Of a stretch of DNA of 64,000 bases, positions 38,114 to 46,395 are shown in pieces; the stretch's first letter is position 1; the number at the start of each line of letters is the position of its first letter. Source of the DNA: Clostridia bacterium. GTDB lineage: Bacteria; Bacillota; Clostridia; Oscillospirales; Acutalibacteraceae. Both the position numbers and the translations under genes were made by a program. The stretch covers positions 3,253 to 67,252 of the forward strand of contig JAGADF010000012.1 of the NCBI GenBank assembly GCA_017613735.1, given 5' to 3'. Under the pieces are notes generated by a model. It was not told the origin of the DNA. It did not search any database and saw only the letters and a program-made list of their open reading frames with translations.

Positions 38114-38715
38114 AAGTCCTCCTCAAACTCTCTGAGAGCGGAGTTTATTTCGCTGTAGGAATACCCGAGGCGAAGAAACGCGTTAAAGACCTTTTTTCTT
38201 CCTTTTTCGTCACCCAGATATTTGCCGTACTTATTTTCCAGTAACTCTATAATACGCTTATGGGAATTTTTGTCAAGGCTTAAAAGAGCCGTTTCGGCGG
38301 TGTCGCGGTCTATTCCCTTTAATAAAAGCTCCTGCATAATCCGCTTTTCGGAACAGCCCTTTTTCTCTAAATGACGGACCGCCATTTCGGCGTAGTCGAG
38401 GTCGTTTATGAGCTTAAGCTCTTCAAGCCGTTCAACCGCTTTTTCGGCGGAAGCTCTGTCGTGCTTTTTGGCGACGAGCTTGTTTACAAGCTCCTTTTTC
38501 CCGTGGGCGCGGTATGAAAGAAGATTCATTCCCGCGTTGAATGCACGACGAAAACTGACCGCGCCGTCAAGCGCAGCCAGTTCTTCTTCATCAATATCTT
38601 TTAACTTGTGCCATTTTTCGGAATACCAGTATTCGCCGTCCACTGTGTAACGGTATTCGCCGTCAATATAAATATGAACCTTGCCACGGTTTCCGTTTTT
38701 AACGTTCAGTTTCAT
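38110..38715 (-). CDS. recX: RecA regulator RecX
   Basis: About 200 aa of helical repeats. Its start overlaps the recA stop (ATGA) and its stop overlaps the rimO start. Confidence 0.85.
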   Translation of the reverse strand: MKLNVKNGNRGKVHIYIDGEYRYTVDGEYWYSEKWHKLKDIDEEELAALDGAVSFRRAFNAGMNLLSYRAHGKKELVNKLVAKKHDRASAEKAVERLEELKLINDLDYAEMAVRHLEKKGCSEKRIMQELLLKGIDRDTAETALLSLDKNSHKRIIELLENKYGKYLGDEKGRKKVFNAFLRLGYSYSEINSALREFEEDL

Positions 38716-39824
38716 TCGTCGTCATCCACAACTATATCGAGCTTAGCCTTGGCGGCAGCCTTTGTAGTCGGTTCAATCGGGATTTCCGCGGGTGCGGGAG
38801 CCGAAGCGGGAGCGCCCTTTCTTGAGTGAAGCTCCGCTTCCTCTTTGATTTTTGCGCGAATCTGTTTTTCGATGTCGTCGGCAAGCTCGCTGTTTTCCTT
38901 GAAGAGCATTTTGACGTTGTCTCTGCCCTGACCGAGTCTTTCCTCGCCGTATGAGAACCACGCGCCGCTTTTCTGAATAATGCCGTACTTTACGCCGAGG
39001 TCGACCAGCTCGCCGACCTTTGAGATGCCTTCGCCGTACATAATATCGAATTCAGCCTCTTTGAACGGGGGAGCGACCTTGTTTTTAATAATCTTCGCCC
39101 TTGTTCTTGAACCGATAAATTCGTTGCCGGGAGCCTTGAGCTGTTCAATCTTGCGAACGTCGATACGCATTGTCGCAAAGAACTTGAGCGCCCTGCCGCC
39201 CGTTGTAACCTCGGGATTGCCGTAGATTACGCCGATTTTCTCACGAAGCTGATTTATAAAGATAACAACAGTGTTTGATTTCGCAATAGCGCCCGCGAGC
39301 TTTCTTAACGCCTGCGACATAAGGCGCGCGTGCTGACCGACGTGGCTTTCGCCCATGTCGCCTTCGATTTCGGCTTTCGGAACAAGAGCCGCAACCGAGT
39401 CAACAACGATTATATCAATAGCTCCCGAACGGGCAAGAGCCTCGGTGATTTCGAGAGCCTGTTCGCCGTCGTCGGGCTGGGAAACAAGAAGCGAGTCAAT
39501 ATCGACGCCGAGATTTCTTGCGTAAACCGGGTCGAGCGCGTGTTCCGCGTCAATGAATGCAGCCTCGCCGCCTAATTTCTGAGCCTCGGCTATAACGTGG
39601 AGCGCGAGGGTAGTTTTACCCGAGCTTTCGGGGCCGTAAATCTCGACAATTCGACCTCTGGGAAGTCCGCCGACTCCCGTAGCCGCGTCAAGTGAAATCG
39701 AGCCGGTTGAAATAGCCTCGATATTGAGCGCCGAGGTGTCGCCCAGGCGCATAACCGTACCCTTGCCGTAAGCCTTTTCAAGTTGAAGTAATGCTGTTTC
39801 CAATGCTTTTTTCTTATCTGCCAT
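38712..39824 (-). CDS. recA: recombinase RecA (with ~25-30 aa Ala/Pro-rich C-terminal extension)
   Basis: ATG 39824 follows GGAGG. Motifs include the Walker [10 protein letters not shown] and [12 protein letters not shown]. The tail ends in DDDE. Confidence 0.97.
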   Translation of the reverse strand: MADKKKALETALLQLEKAYGKGTVMRLGDTSALNIEAISTGSISLDAATGVGGLPRGRIVEIYGPESSGKTTLALHVIAEAQKLGGEAAFIDAEHALDPVYARNLGVDIDSLLVSQPDDGEQALEITEALARSGAIDIIVVDSVAALVPKAEIEGDMGESHVGQHARLMSQALRKLAGAIAKSNTVVIFINQLREKIGVIYGNPEVTTGGRALKFFATMRIDVRKIEQLKAPGNEFIGSRTRAKIIKNKVAPPFKEAEFDIMYGEGISKVGELVDLGVKYGIIQKSGAWFSYGEERLGQGRDNVKMLFKENSELADDIEKQIRAKIKEEAELHSRKGAPASAPAPAEIPIEPTTKAAAKAKLDIVVDDDE

Positions 39825-39859
39825 TATCGTAAACCTCCGAAAAAGGAATATTAACTTAC

Positions 39860-39873
39860 CGAACTTTTGTTCG
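39860..39873. promoter_or_regulatory. LexA (Cheo) box, consensus: CGAACTTTTGTTCG
   Basis: A perfect CGAAC-N4-GTTCG lies about 10 nt downstream of a minus-strand TATAAT (39883..39888) and upstream of recA. Confidence 0.85.
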
Positions 39874-40013
39874 ACTAATGCCATTATATATTATAAAAAT
39901 GAAAAATGCAACAGTTTTTTTAAAAAAATTCAATATTTGGTGTATAAATCGGACACATACTATTGTACCATACAATTATATTAAAAACAAACCGAAAAAA
40001 ATAAAAAAAAGAC

Positions 40014-40042
40014 TTGCAATTTGAAAAATTATCTGTTAGAAT
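40014..40042 (+). promoter_or_regulatory. candidate rpmB promoter (TTGCAA-17 nt-TAGAAT)
   Basis: -35 at 40014..40019 and -10 at 40037..40042. Confidence 0.5.
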
Positions 40043-40083
40043 ATCGTCTGTTACTTTAGAAACCCTTGAAGGAGGTGCCCAAA

Positions 40084-40272
40084 ATGGCAAAATGTGAGTT
40101 CTGCGGCAAGGATGTTAAATTCGGTATTAAGGTTTCCCACTCACACAGAAGGTCAAACAGAACCTGGAAGCCCAATGTAAAAAGAGTTAAGGCAATAGTT
40201 GACGGCTCTCCCAAGAGAGTTTATGCCTGCACACGTTGCCTTCGTTCAGGCAAGGTTACACGCGCTAACTGA
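40084..40272 (+). CDS. rpmB: 50S ribosomal protein L28
   Basis: ATG follows GAAGGAGGTG. Sequence MAKCEFCGK ... SHSHRRSNRTWKPN, 62 aa. Confidence 0.95.
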   Translation: MAKCEFCGKDVKFGIKVSHSHRRSNRTWKPNVKRVKAIVDGSPKRVYACTRCLRSGKVTRAN

Positions 40273-40294
40273 TTGAAATTTATTAAACATCCAA

Positions 40295-40330
40295 AGCGGT
40301 GCTGTTTTCACAGCGCCGCTTTTGTCTTTT
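40295..40330 (+). terminator. intrinsic terminator after rpmB
   Basis: AGCGGTGCTG / CAGCGCCGCT stem with one G-U pair, followed by TTTTGTCTTTTTT. Confidence 0.75.
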
Positions 40331-40391
40331 TTATCTTTATTTTTAATTGTATTTATGCTAAAATAATAAAAAAACAACGGGAGGCGGGAAA

Positions 40392-40847
40392 ATGAGCGAG
40401 AGAAGTGACAGAGCCGTTGAGTTATTCAAAGACGGCTTCAACTGTTCTCAGGCAGTGGTCGGCGCATTCGCGAAGGACATAGGTCTTGACGAAAAAACTG
40501 CTCTTAAAATCTCTGCGGGCTTCGGCGGCGGAGTCGCAAGAACGGGTGAAATCTGCGGCGCGCTTTCGGGCGCGGCAATAATTGCTGGCGTGCTTTACGG
40601 CGCAACTGACGGCAGGGACGCCGAAAGCAAGGCTCATACATACGAGGAGCTTCAGAGGGTTATAAATATTTTTAAGGAGAAAAATACCTTTGTAACCTGC
40701 CGTGAGCTTAAAAATCCGCCCGAAAAAAGCGAGGACGGCGCGCCCGTCTATAACAGACGCCCCTGCGTTTCGCTTGTAGAGGACGTCGCGCTTGCCGTTG
40801 AAAAGGTTATGTTTGAGGGAGAGGTTAAAAAGTATGGAGAAGATTAG
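40392..40847 (+). CDS. C_GCAxxG_C_C family protein
   Basis: FNCSQAVV and CGALSGA motifs plus C-terminal cysteines (TCRE ... PCVS). Confidence 0.8.
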   Translation: MSERSDRAVELFKDGFNCSQAVVGAFAKDIGLDEKTALKISAGFGGGVARTGEICGALSGAAIIAGVLYGATDGRDAESKAHTYEELQRVINIFKEKNTFVTCRELKNPPEKSEDGAPVYNRRPCVSLVEDVALAVEKVMFEGEVKKYGED

Positions 40848-42273
40848 AAAGGCGAAACTTTCGTTTGCCAATATGGTCGGCTACGGCGTAGGCGCGATAG
40901 GTCTTGACTTAAGCTACGGAATGTTCTATTCGTTTTTAAGCCACTATCTTGTTACCACGCTCGGTCTTAAAGAGGGATTTTTGCTGCTGCTGACGCCGCT
41001 TGCGCGTATCTGGGACGGCATTAACGACCCGATGATGGGAACTATTGTCGATAACACAAGAACAAAGCACGGCAAATACCGCCCGTGGATTGTAATCGGC
41101 GCGCTCTGTAACGCGGTAGTTCTTTTCCTTCTGTTTTCGCGCTTCGGACTTTCGGGTACGCCGCTTTATATCTATGTTGCGGTTATGTACGTCCTCTGGG
41201 GTATGACAAACACTCTTGCCGATATTCCGTACTGGTCAATGATTCCCTCATTCACGAGTGAAGAAAAAGAGCGTAATCTTGTTTCAACTGTCGCCCGTAC
41301 CTTCTCGGGACTCGGTCAGGGAATCATTATGGTTCTTACTCCCATAATACTTCCCCGTCTTTCGGGCGGAATTGATACCGACGCCGACGGATACAGCGCA
41401 GCGGGCTTCTCCCGCTGGGCAGGTATATGCGGAATACTGCTTGTTCTCTTTGCCGTTATCTGCGTTCTTGTTACCAAAGAGAGAAACGTAGTCTACGGCG
41501 AGAAAAAGAAATTCTCATTTAAACAGATTTTTAAGGTTATAAAAGGCAACGACCAGCTTGTTATCTTTATGGTTTTTGCAATGCTTTCAAATGCGGGCTG
41601 GTATCTGACCAGCGGCACGGCTTATACATATTTTACAATGGTTGTCGGCGACGGCGAAAAGCAGTCGCTTTTCGGAATGATAGGCGCGGTCGGCTCGGTA
41701 GTCGGTCTTGTCGTAATTCCCGTCCTTTCAAAGCTCGGACTTAATAAGAGAACAATTTATACCTTCTCGCTCTGCACAACCATTACGGGTTATGTGCTTA
41801 TGTTCATTTTCGGGCCGATACTTAAAATCACAATAGCTCTTGATATCTGTTATATTTTAGCGTCAATCGGTATTGCTTCAATGTTCGTTTCGCAGACGGT
41901 TTTCCTTGCGGATATAGTCGACTACGGCGAATACAAGAACGGTGAAAGAAACGAGAGTATTACCTTCTCGATGAAGGGCTTTTTGCAGAAGCTCGCTTAT
42001 ACTATTCAGACAATTATCTATTACGGCGGGCTTGCGCTTGTAAACTATTCGGCGCAGATTAACGAATGTAAGGCAAAGGGCGTTGACCCCACGGTTAATT
42101 CGCAGACGCAGATGGCAATCGGAATTATCGCTTTTGCCGTTCCGCCCATACTGATTGTCCTTTCACTCATAGTTTTCAGAAGCAAGTTCAAGCTTTACGG
42201 CGAGCTTTCGGATAAGATTCATTATTTCATAACCGAAAAACGCGCTTCCGAATTTCAGGAAGAATTGAATTAA
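40834..42273 (+). CDS. GPH-family (glycoside-pentoside-hexuronide:cation) MFS symporter
   Basis: WDGINDPMMGTIVDNTRTKHGKYRPW signature and about 12 TM helices. ATG 40834 overlaps the upstream gene by 14 nt. Confidence 0.85.
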   Translation: MEKIRKAKLSFANMVGYGVGAIGLDLSYGMFYSFLSHYLVTTLGLKEGFLLLLTPLARIWDGINDPMMGTIVDNTRTKHGKYRPWIVIGALCNAVVLFLLFSRFGLSGTPLYIYVAVMYVLWGMTNTLADIPYWSMIPSFTSEEKERNLVSTVARTFSGLGQGIIMVLTPIILPRLSGGIDTDADGYSAAGFSRWAGICGILLVLFAVICVLVTKERNVVYGEKKKFSFKQIFKVIKGNDQLVIFMVFAMLSNAGWYLTSGTAYTYFTMVVGDGEKQSLFGMIGAVGSVVGLVVIPVLSKLGLNKRTIYTFSLCTTITGYVLMFIFGPILKITIALDICYILASIGIASMFVSQTVFLADIVDYGEYKNGERNESITFSMKGFLQKLAYTIQTIIYYGGLALVNYSAQINECKAKGVDPTVNSQTQMAIGIIAFAVPPILIVLSLIVFRSKFKLYGELSDKIHYFITEKRASEFQEELN

Positions 42274-42290
42274 TTATAATGATATTCTGT

Positions 42291-42332
42291 AAAAAAGCAC
42301 CCGATGTGAAAACATCGGGTGCTTTAATTTGT
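42291..42332. terminator. bidirectional intrinsic terminator
   Basis: AGCACCCGATG / CATCGGGTGCT 11-bp stem with flanking A- and T-runs. Confidence 0.8.
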
Positions 42333-42337
42333 CTTTC

Positions 42338-42895
42338 TTATTCCTTAACCGTGCCGTCGGAATTGAAAACGGGAAGCTTCTCAAGATAAACGAGGTCGGG
42401 ACGGTTCTGGGCGTCGCCCTCGGCGAGAATGCACATTCTTCCGCAGATTATTCCGCCTGCTTTTTTAACAAGCTCTTCAATAGCTCTTAAGGATTCGCCG
42501 GTTGAAATAACGTCGTCGACAATGAGGATTCTCTTGCCCTTCATCAATTCTGCGTCTGCCGTATCAAGATAAAGCGTCTGGGTTTTATTGGTAGTGATTG
42601 AGTTGACCGTTACCTCAAAAACGCCCGTCATATAAAGCTTCGGGTATTTTCTCGCAAGAAAATATTTTTTGTCGCCGTGCTGACGCGCCATTTCGTGAAT
42701 AAGCGGAATTCCCTTTGCCTCGGCTGTGATAAGATAGTCGTATTCGGGAGCTCTCTCGTTAAGCGCCTTGGCGCAGGCTACCGTCAGCTCCTGGTCGCCG
42801 AAGATAACGAAAGCGCCGATATAGAGGTCGTCGGTTACTCGGCATATAGGCAGCGCTCTGTCAAGCCCTGCGATATTCATTTTGTAGTAATTCAT
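42338..42895 (-). CDS. phosphoribosyltransferase-family protein (purine PRT-like)
   Basis: PRPP-binding loop ILIVDDVISTGESL. About 185 aa. Confidence 0.75.
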   Translation of the reverse strand: MNYYKMNIAGLDRALPICRVTDDLYIGAFVIFGDQELTVACAKALNERAPEYDYLITAEAKGIPLIHEMARQHGDKKYFLARKYPKLYMTGVFEVTVNSITTNKTQTLYLDTADAELMKGKRILIVDDVISTGESLRAIEELVKKAGGIICGRMCILAEGDAQNRPDLVYLEKLPVFNSDGTVKE

Positions 42896-42928
42896 AAAAA
42901 TATCTCCCAATAAAAAGATTACGGAATT

Positions 42929-42995
42929 ATTATACTACTTTTATTTTTAATGTCAAATATGTCCATTTGACAACAATGTCGAAAAATAGTATTAT
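42929..42995. promoter_or_regulatory. back-to-back divergent consensus promoters (PRT gene and mltG)
   Basis: Plus strand: TTGACA 42967..42972, 17 nt, TATTAT 42990..42995. Minus strand: TTGACA 42951..42956, 16 nt, TATAAT 42929..42934. The two -35 hexamers form the palindrome TGTCAAAT-N6-ATTTGACA. Confidence 0.55.
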
Positions 42996-43026
42996 TATTC
43001 ACACAAATTCTTGAAAGGGTATTTGT

Positions 43027-43920
43027 ATGAAACGAATAACAGCTTTACTTTTAATAATTATTACCGTCTTTTCGCTTTGCTCCTGCAAAAAGGAAAATAA
43101 TCCCGCCGACATAGGCTTCGGCGACGACGTTTCCGCGACCGAGGGCACAAGCTCAAATGAGGACAGATATGCAATCCCCGATGACGAAGATGAACAGTCG
43201 GAGGACGAGGATACGGTTATGATTTCTCTTCCCGAGGGTTATACGCTTGTCCGCTTTGCGTGGAAGCTTGAAGAAAACGGCATCTGCTCTGCCGACGATT
43301 TCATCGAAGAAGCGCAGAACGGCGATTTCTCGTCCTATGCACTTGTGAACGAGGAGCCCGACGACGAGAATATCTGTTTTAAATTAGAGGGTTATCTCTA
43401 CCCGTGCACAATTGAAATCGATAAAAACAACGACACGCCCAAAACGATTATCGAAAAGCTTCTTTCGGCGGGCGAGAGTTACATAACCGAGGATATGAGA
43501 GCGAAAGCGAAATCGCTCGGCTATTCATGGCACGAGATTCTTACAATCGCGTCTATTGTCGAAAAGGAAGCCTTTCTTGAAGACCAGCGCGCGCAGATAG
43601 CCTCCGTTCTCTATAACAGACTTGACGCGGGTATGCAGATTCAGTGCGACGTCACTATTAAATATGTAACGGGCGTTATTGAGGAAATATATCCCGAAAA
43701 GGTTGAAACCCTTAAATACTATTATAATACATACCGCTGCGCGGGACTTCCCGCAGGCCCTATCTGCAATCCCGGAATTGAGTCGATAAGGGCGGCTCTT
43801 AACCCGCCGCAAACGGACTATCTTTTCTTCGCAATTCAGACCGAGGAGCCTTATGACTCGCTTTTCGCCGCGACGTATGAGGAGCATGTTGAAAACTGCA
43901 AGAAGCTTGGTATTTATTAA
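43027..43920 (+). CDS. mltG: endolytic murein transglycosylase MltG (YceG-like), lipoprotein-type signal
   Basis: Lipobox FSLCSC. YceG motifs ASIVEKEA, YNRL and YNTYRCAGLPAGPICNPG. Confidence 0.85.
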   Translation: MKRITALLLIIITVFSLCSCKKENNPADIGFGDDVSATEGTSSNEDRYAIPDDEDEQSEDEDTVMISLPEGYTLVRFAWKLEENGICSADDFIEEAQNGDFSSYALVNEEPDDENICFKLEGYLYPCTIEIDKNNDTPKTIIEKLLSAGESYITEDMRAKAKSLGYSWHEILTIASIVEKEAFLEDQRAQIASVLYNRLDAGMQIQCDVTIKYVTGVIEEIYPEKVETLKYYYNTYRCAGLPAGPICNPGIESIRAALNPPQTDYLFFAIQTEEPYDSLFAATYEEHVENCKKLGIY

Positions 43921-43933
43921 AAAATAAAAAATC

Positions 43934-43968
43934 AAACTCCCGTCGGCTTTTGCCGACGGGAGTTTTTT
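43934..43968. terminator. bidirectional intrinsic terminator
   Basis: ACTCCCGTCGGC / GCCGACGGGAGT 12-bp stem with flanking A- and T-runs. Confidence 0.85.
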
Positions 43969-43972
43969 GCTT

Positions 43973-44077
43973 TTAGCAGCAACCGTTGTTGTTGCAGCCG
44001 CAGCCGTTATTATCGCCGAAAAGAAGAATAACGATGATAATAACAATCAACCATGTGTTGTTACCGAAGAAGTTCAC
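43973..44077 (-). CDS. tiny hydrophobic Cys/Gly/Asn-rich peptide (34 aa), YjcZ-like small sporulation-type protein
   Basis: It is not in the ORF track because it is under 60 aa. GTG start lies 7 nt after GGAGG. It translates to (M)NFFGNNTWLIVIIIVILLFGDNNGCGCNNNGCC and is bounded by the bidirectional terminator. Confidence 0.55.
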   Translation of the reverse strand: MNFFGNNTWLIVIIIVILLFGDNNGCGCNNNGCC

Positions 44078-44202
44078 AGTTCTGCCTCCTTTCGTAGGGC
44101 ACGTATATACCGCCTACAATGCCATATTATGAAAGGACGGCGCAATAGGTGAATAAAAGTTTGACTTTCGGCATAAAATATATGTATTAGCGTATTTTAA
44201 TA

Positions 44203-44254
44203 ACAAAGAAAAATATATGAAAAACAAAGAAAAACAGAGAAAACAAAAGAAAAA
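44203..44254. repeat. phased A-tract repeats (ACAAAGAAAAA-like x4) upstream of the ctsR promoter
   Basis: Units start at 44203, 44224, 44234 and 44243. The spacings of about 21, 10 and 9 nt fit helical phasing. Confidence 0.4.
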
Positions 44255-44273
44255 TGCTTGTAATTATAAAAAT

Positions 44274-44290
44274 TTGACCTTTTTTGACCT
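44274..44290 (-). promoter_or_regulatory. CtsR operator (reverse orientation): TTTGACC-TTT-TTTGACC
   Basis: It is the reverse complement of the GGTCAAA-NAN-GGTCAAA heptad direct repeat. It abuts and overlaps the -35, and a third TTTGACC lies at 44290..44296. Confidence 0.75.
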
Positions 44291-44318
44291 TTGACCTTTA
44301 AGTCAAAGATGCTATAAT
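44291..44318 (+). promoter_or_regulatory. ctsR operon promoter (TTGACC-16 nt-TATAAT)
   Basis: -35 at 44291..44296 and -10 at 44313..44318. Confidence 0.65.
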
Positions 44319-44330
44319 AAATACCGTAAA

Positions 44331-44354
44331 GGTCAAAGAAAGTCAAAGTCAAAA
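44331..44354 (+). promoter_or_regulatory. CtsR operator: GGTCAAA-GAA-AGTCAAA(-GTCAAAA)
   Basis: Close match to the CtsR heptad repeat consensus, located just downstream of the -10. Confidence 0.8.
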
Positions 44355-44379
44355 ATCAAAGAAAAGAAGGTGACGGGAA

Positions 44380-44829
44380 GTGAATTTAAGTAATATTATC
44401 GCTCAGATGATTTCCGATATGCTTGACGACGAAGGCAGCACGGAAATCCAGCGTAACGAGCTTGCCGAAAAAATAGGCTGCGTTCCGAGCCAGATAAACT
44501 ATGTAATCTCATCACGGTTCACACCCGAACATGGCTACATAGTCGAGAGCAGAAGGGGCGGCGGAGGTTATATAAGAATAACCAGAGCCAACTATTCTTC
44601 CTCAACTCTTAAAATGCAGCTTATAAATGCGATAGGCCCGTCGCTTGACGAAAAAACCTGCAGAGCGCATATCTTAAATCTCAACGGAAGAGATATAATC
44701 ACCGCCCAGCAGGCAAAGCTTATGCTTTCGGCGACAAACGAAAAGGCGTATCTGAATATACCGACCGAATACAGAGACAAGGCAAGGGCGGCGATATTCA
44801 AGAATATGCTGTTAACCACGATTGAATAA
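44380..44829 (+). CDS. ctsR: class III stress gene repressor CtsR
   Basis: GTG start follows GAAGGTGA. Sequence VPSQINYVISSRFTPEHGYIVESRRGGGGYIRI. Confidence 0.95.
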   Translation: MNLSNIIAQMISDMLDDEGSTEIQRNELAEKIGCVPSQINYVISSRFTPEHGYIVESRRGGGGYIRITRANYSSSTLKMQLINAIGPSLDEKTCRAHILNLNGRDIITAQQAKLMLSATNEKAYLNIPTEYRDKARAAIFKNMLLTTIE

Positions 44830-44841
44830 GGAGGTATTTTT

Positions 44842-45348
44842 ATGATTTGTCAATCATGCGGTAAGGCTGAGGCCACCACTCATTTTAAAAGAATAATAAA
44901 CGGCGAGGTAACCGAAGGACATCTTTGCTCGGACTGTGCAAAGGCGCTCGGAGTAAACGATATGTTCTCGGGCTTCGACTTCGGATTTTCGGATTTGTTA
45001 AGCGAATTTTTTGCCGACTCGCCCGTTGCGGCGCTGAGCGCAAATTCGGTTAAGTGCGAAAACTGCGGTTCTTCTTTCAGCGACATTGTAAAGAGCGGAA
45101 GAATCGGCTGCGCGGACTGCTACGAAACCTTTTTCGACAAGCTAATGCCGTCGATTCAGAGACTTCACGGCAACACAAAGCACGAGGGCAAGGTTCCGCT
45201 TAACGAGGTTACGAACGAGCCCGAAGAGGCGGACGAAATCGCAACTCTTCGCGAAAAGATGAACAAGGCGATTGAAAACGAGGATTTTGAGGAAGCTGCT
45301 GAGCTTCGCGATAAGATAAAGGAGCTGGAGGGAAAGAAAAATGGCTAA
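44842..45348 (+). CDS. mcsA: McsA (zinc-finger / UvrB-UvrC motif activator of McsB)
   Basis: CxxC pairs (CQSCG, CSDC, CENCG, CADC) and the C-terminal UVR motif FEEAAELRDKIKELE. Confidence 0.85.
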   Translation: MICQSCGKAEATTHFKRIINGEVTEGHLCSDCAKALGVNDMFSGFDFGFSDLLSEFFADSPVAALSANSVKCENCGSSFSDIVKSGRIGCADCYETFFDKLMPSIQRLHGNTKHEGKVPLNEVTNEPEEADEIATLREKMNKAIENEDFEEAAELRDKIKELEGKKNG

Positions 45349-46345
45349 ATGGTATCTGACTGCAGGCGACCAGAGAGATACGGTTGTAAGTACAAGAATA
45401 AGACTTGCCCGTAATATAAAGGGCTATCCGTTCCCCTGGAGACTTGATATTCCCTCGCGCCTTAAGGTAAACGAGCTTATTATCAAAGCCGCCGAGGACG
45501 AAAACCTCGGACTCAGGGCAGTGAATATGAAAGAGTTGACCGCTTTTCAGGCGGCGTCTCTTGCGGAAAGAAAAATTATAAGCGAGGAGTTTGCCTCTGT
45601 CTCCGACGGCAGGGCGTTGCTCTTAAGCGAAGACGAGGATATAAGCATAATGCTTTGCGAGGATGACCACATCCGCCTTCAGGTAATAATGAGCGGACTT
45701 TCTCTCGAAGCGGCTCTCGAAAAGGCGAATGAGATTGACGACAAACTCAATAAACGTCTTAACTTCGCCTTCGACGAAAGGCTCGGCTACTTAACCGAAA
45801 AGCCTATGGATTTAGGCACGGGTATGAGAGCGAGCGTGCTTCTGCATCTTCCCGCTTTAACATCCGCAGGTCAGATTTCGAGACTGTCGGCGACAGTTTC
45901 AAAGCTGGGACTTTCCATTAGTCCCGTATTTTCGGGCGGCGCAAGAAGCGTCGGCGATTTCTATCAGTTGAGCAATCAGCTCACCCTCGGAATATCCGAA
46001 AAGGCGGCGATTGCCAACCTTAAATCCATAACAACCCAGATTGTCAATCAGGAACGCGCCGCGAGAAAGGAACTTGTTTCCTCGCTCGCAGGTCAGGACG
46101 GAATCTACCGTTCATACGGGATTCTTAAGTCCGCGCGGCTTCTGACGGGCGAAGAACTTCTTGAGTACATTTCATACGTAAGGCTCGGCGCGGCGGTAGG
46201 AATACTGCCCGTAAGCACCGAACTTCTTGACGAAATGGCGCTGACTCTTCAGCCCGCGTCAATAAATGCGGCTGAGGGTTCAAAGCTCGACAGAACCGAA
46301 AGAGACAAAAAACGGGCCGATATGGTAAGAGAAAAATTAGGGTAA
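45341..46345 (+). CDS. mcsB: protein arginine kinase McsB
   Basis: Phosphagen-kinase-like core (TRIRLARNIKGYPFP, GTGMRASVLLHLPAL). It overlaps mcsA by 8 nt. Confidence 0.9.
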   Translation: MAKWYLTAGDQRDTVVSTRIRLARNIKGYPFPWRLDIPSRLKVNELIIKAAEDENLGLRAVNMKELTAFQAASLAERKIISEEFASVSDGRALLLSEDEDISIMLCEDDHIRLQVIMSGLSLEAALEKANEIDDKLNKRLNFAFDERLGYLTEKPMDLGTGMRASVLLHLPALTSAGQISRLSATVSKLGLSISPVFSGGARSVGDFYQLSNQLTLGISEKAAIANLKSITTQIVNQERAARKELVSSLAGQDGIYRSYGILKSARLLTGEELLEYISYVRLGAAVGILPVSTELLDEMALTLQPASINAAEGSKLDRTERDKKRADMVREKLG

Positions 46346-46395
46346 TGTCGGCAATTTAATAATTGCCTTACCCGTTATGTTATGAGGTGATTATT

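Noticed and set aside
39909-40020. Small ATG-initiated ORF in the recA/rpmB intergenic region
   Set aside because: It has no Shine-Dalgarno sequence and an AT-rich low-complexity translation. The region is better explained as the recA promoter, the LexA box and the rpmB promoter.
42951-42972. 22-bp palindrome TGTCAAAT-N6-ATTTGACA as a repressor operator (PurR/TnrA-like)
   Set aside because: The spacing does not fit the TnrA/GlnR pattern (N7). Each arm is exactly a consensus -35 TTGACA correctly spaced from a -10 on its own strand. The palindrome is therefore explained by two back-to-back divergent promoters.
43525-44152. Track ORFs 43525..44046 (-) and 43967..44152 (+)
   Set aside because: The first is antisense to mltG and crosses a strong terminator. 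The second has no RBS and reads through the terminator stem. The RBS-backed 34-codon minus-strand peptide explains the open frames in this region better.
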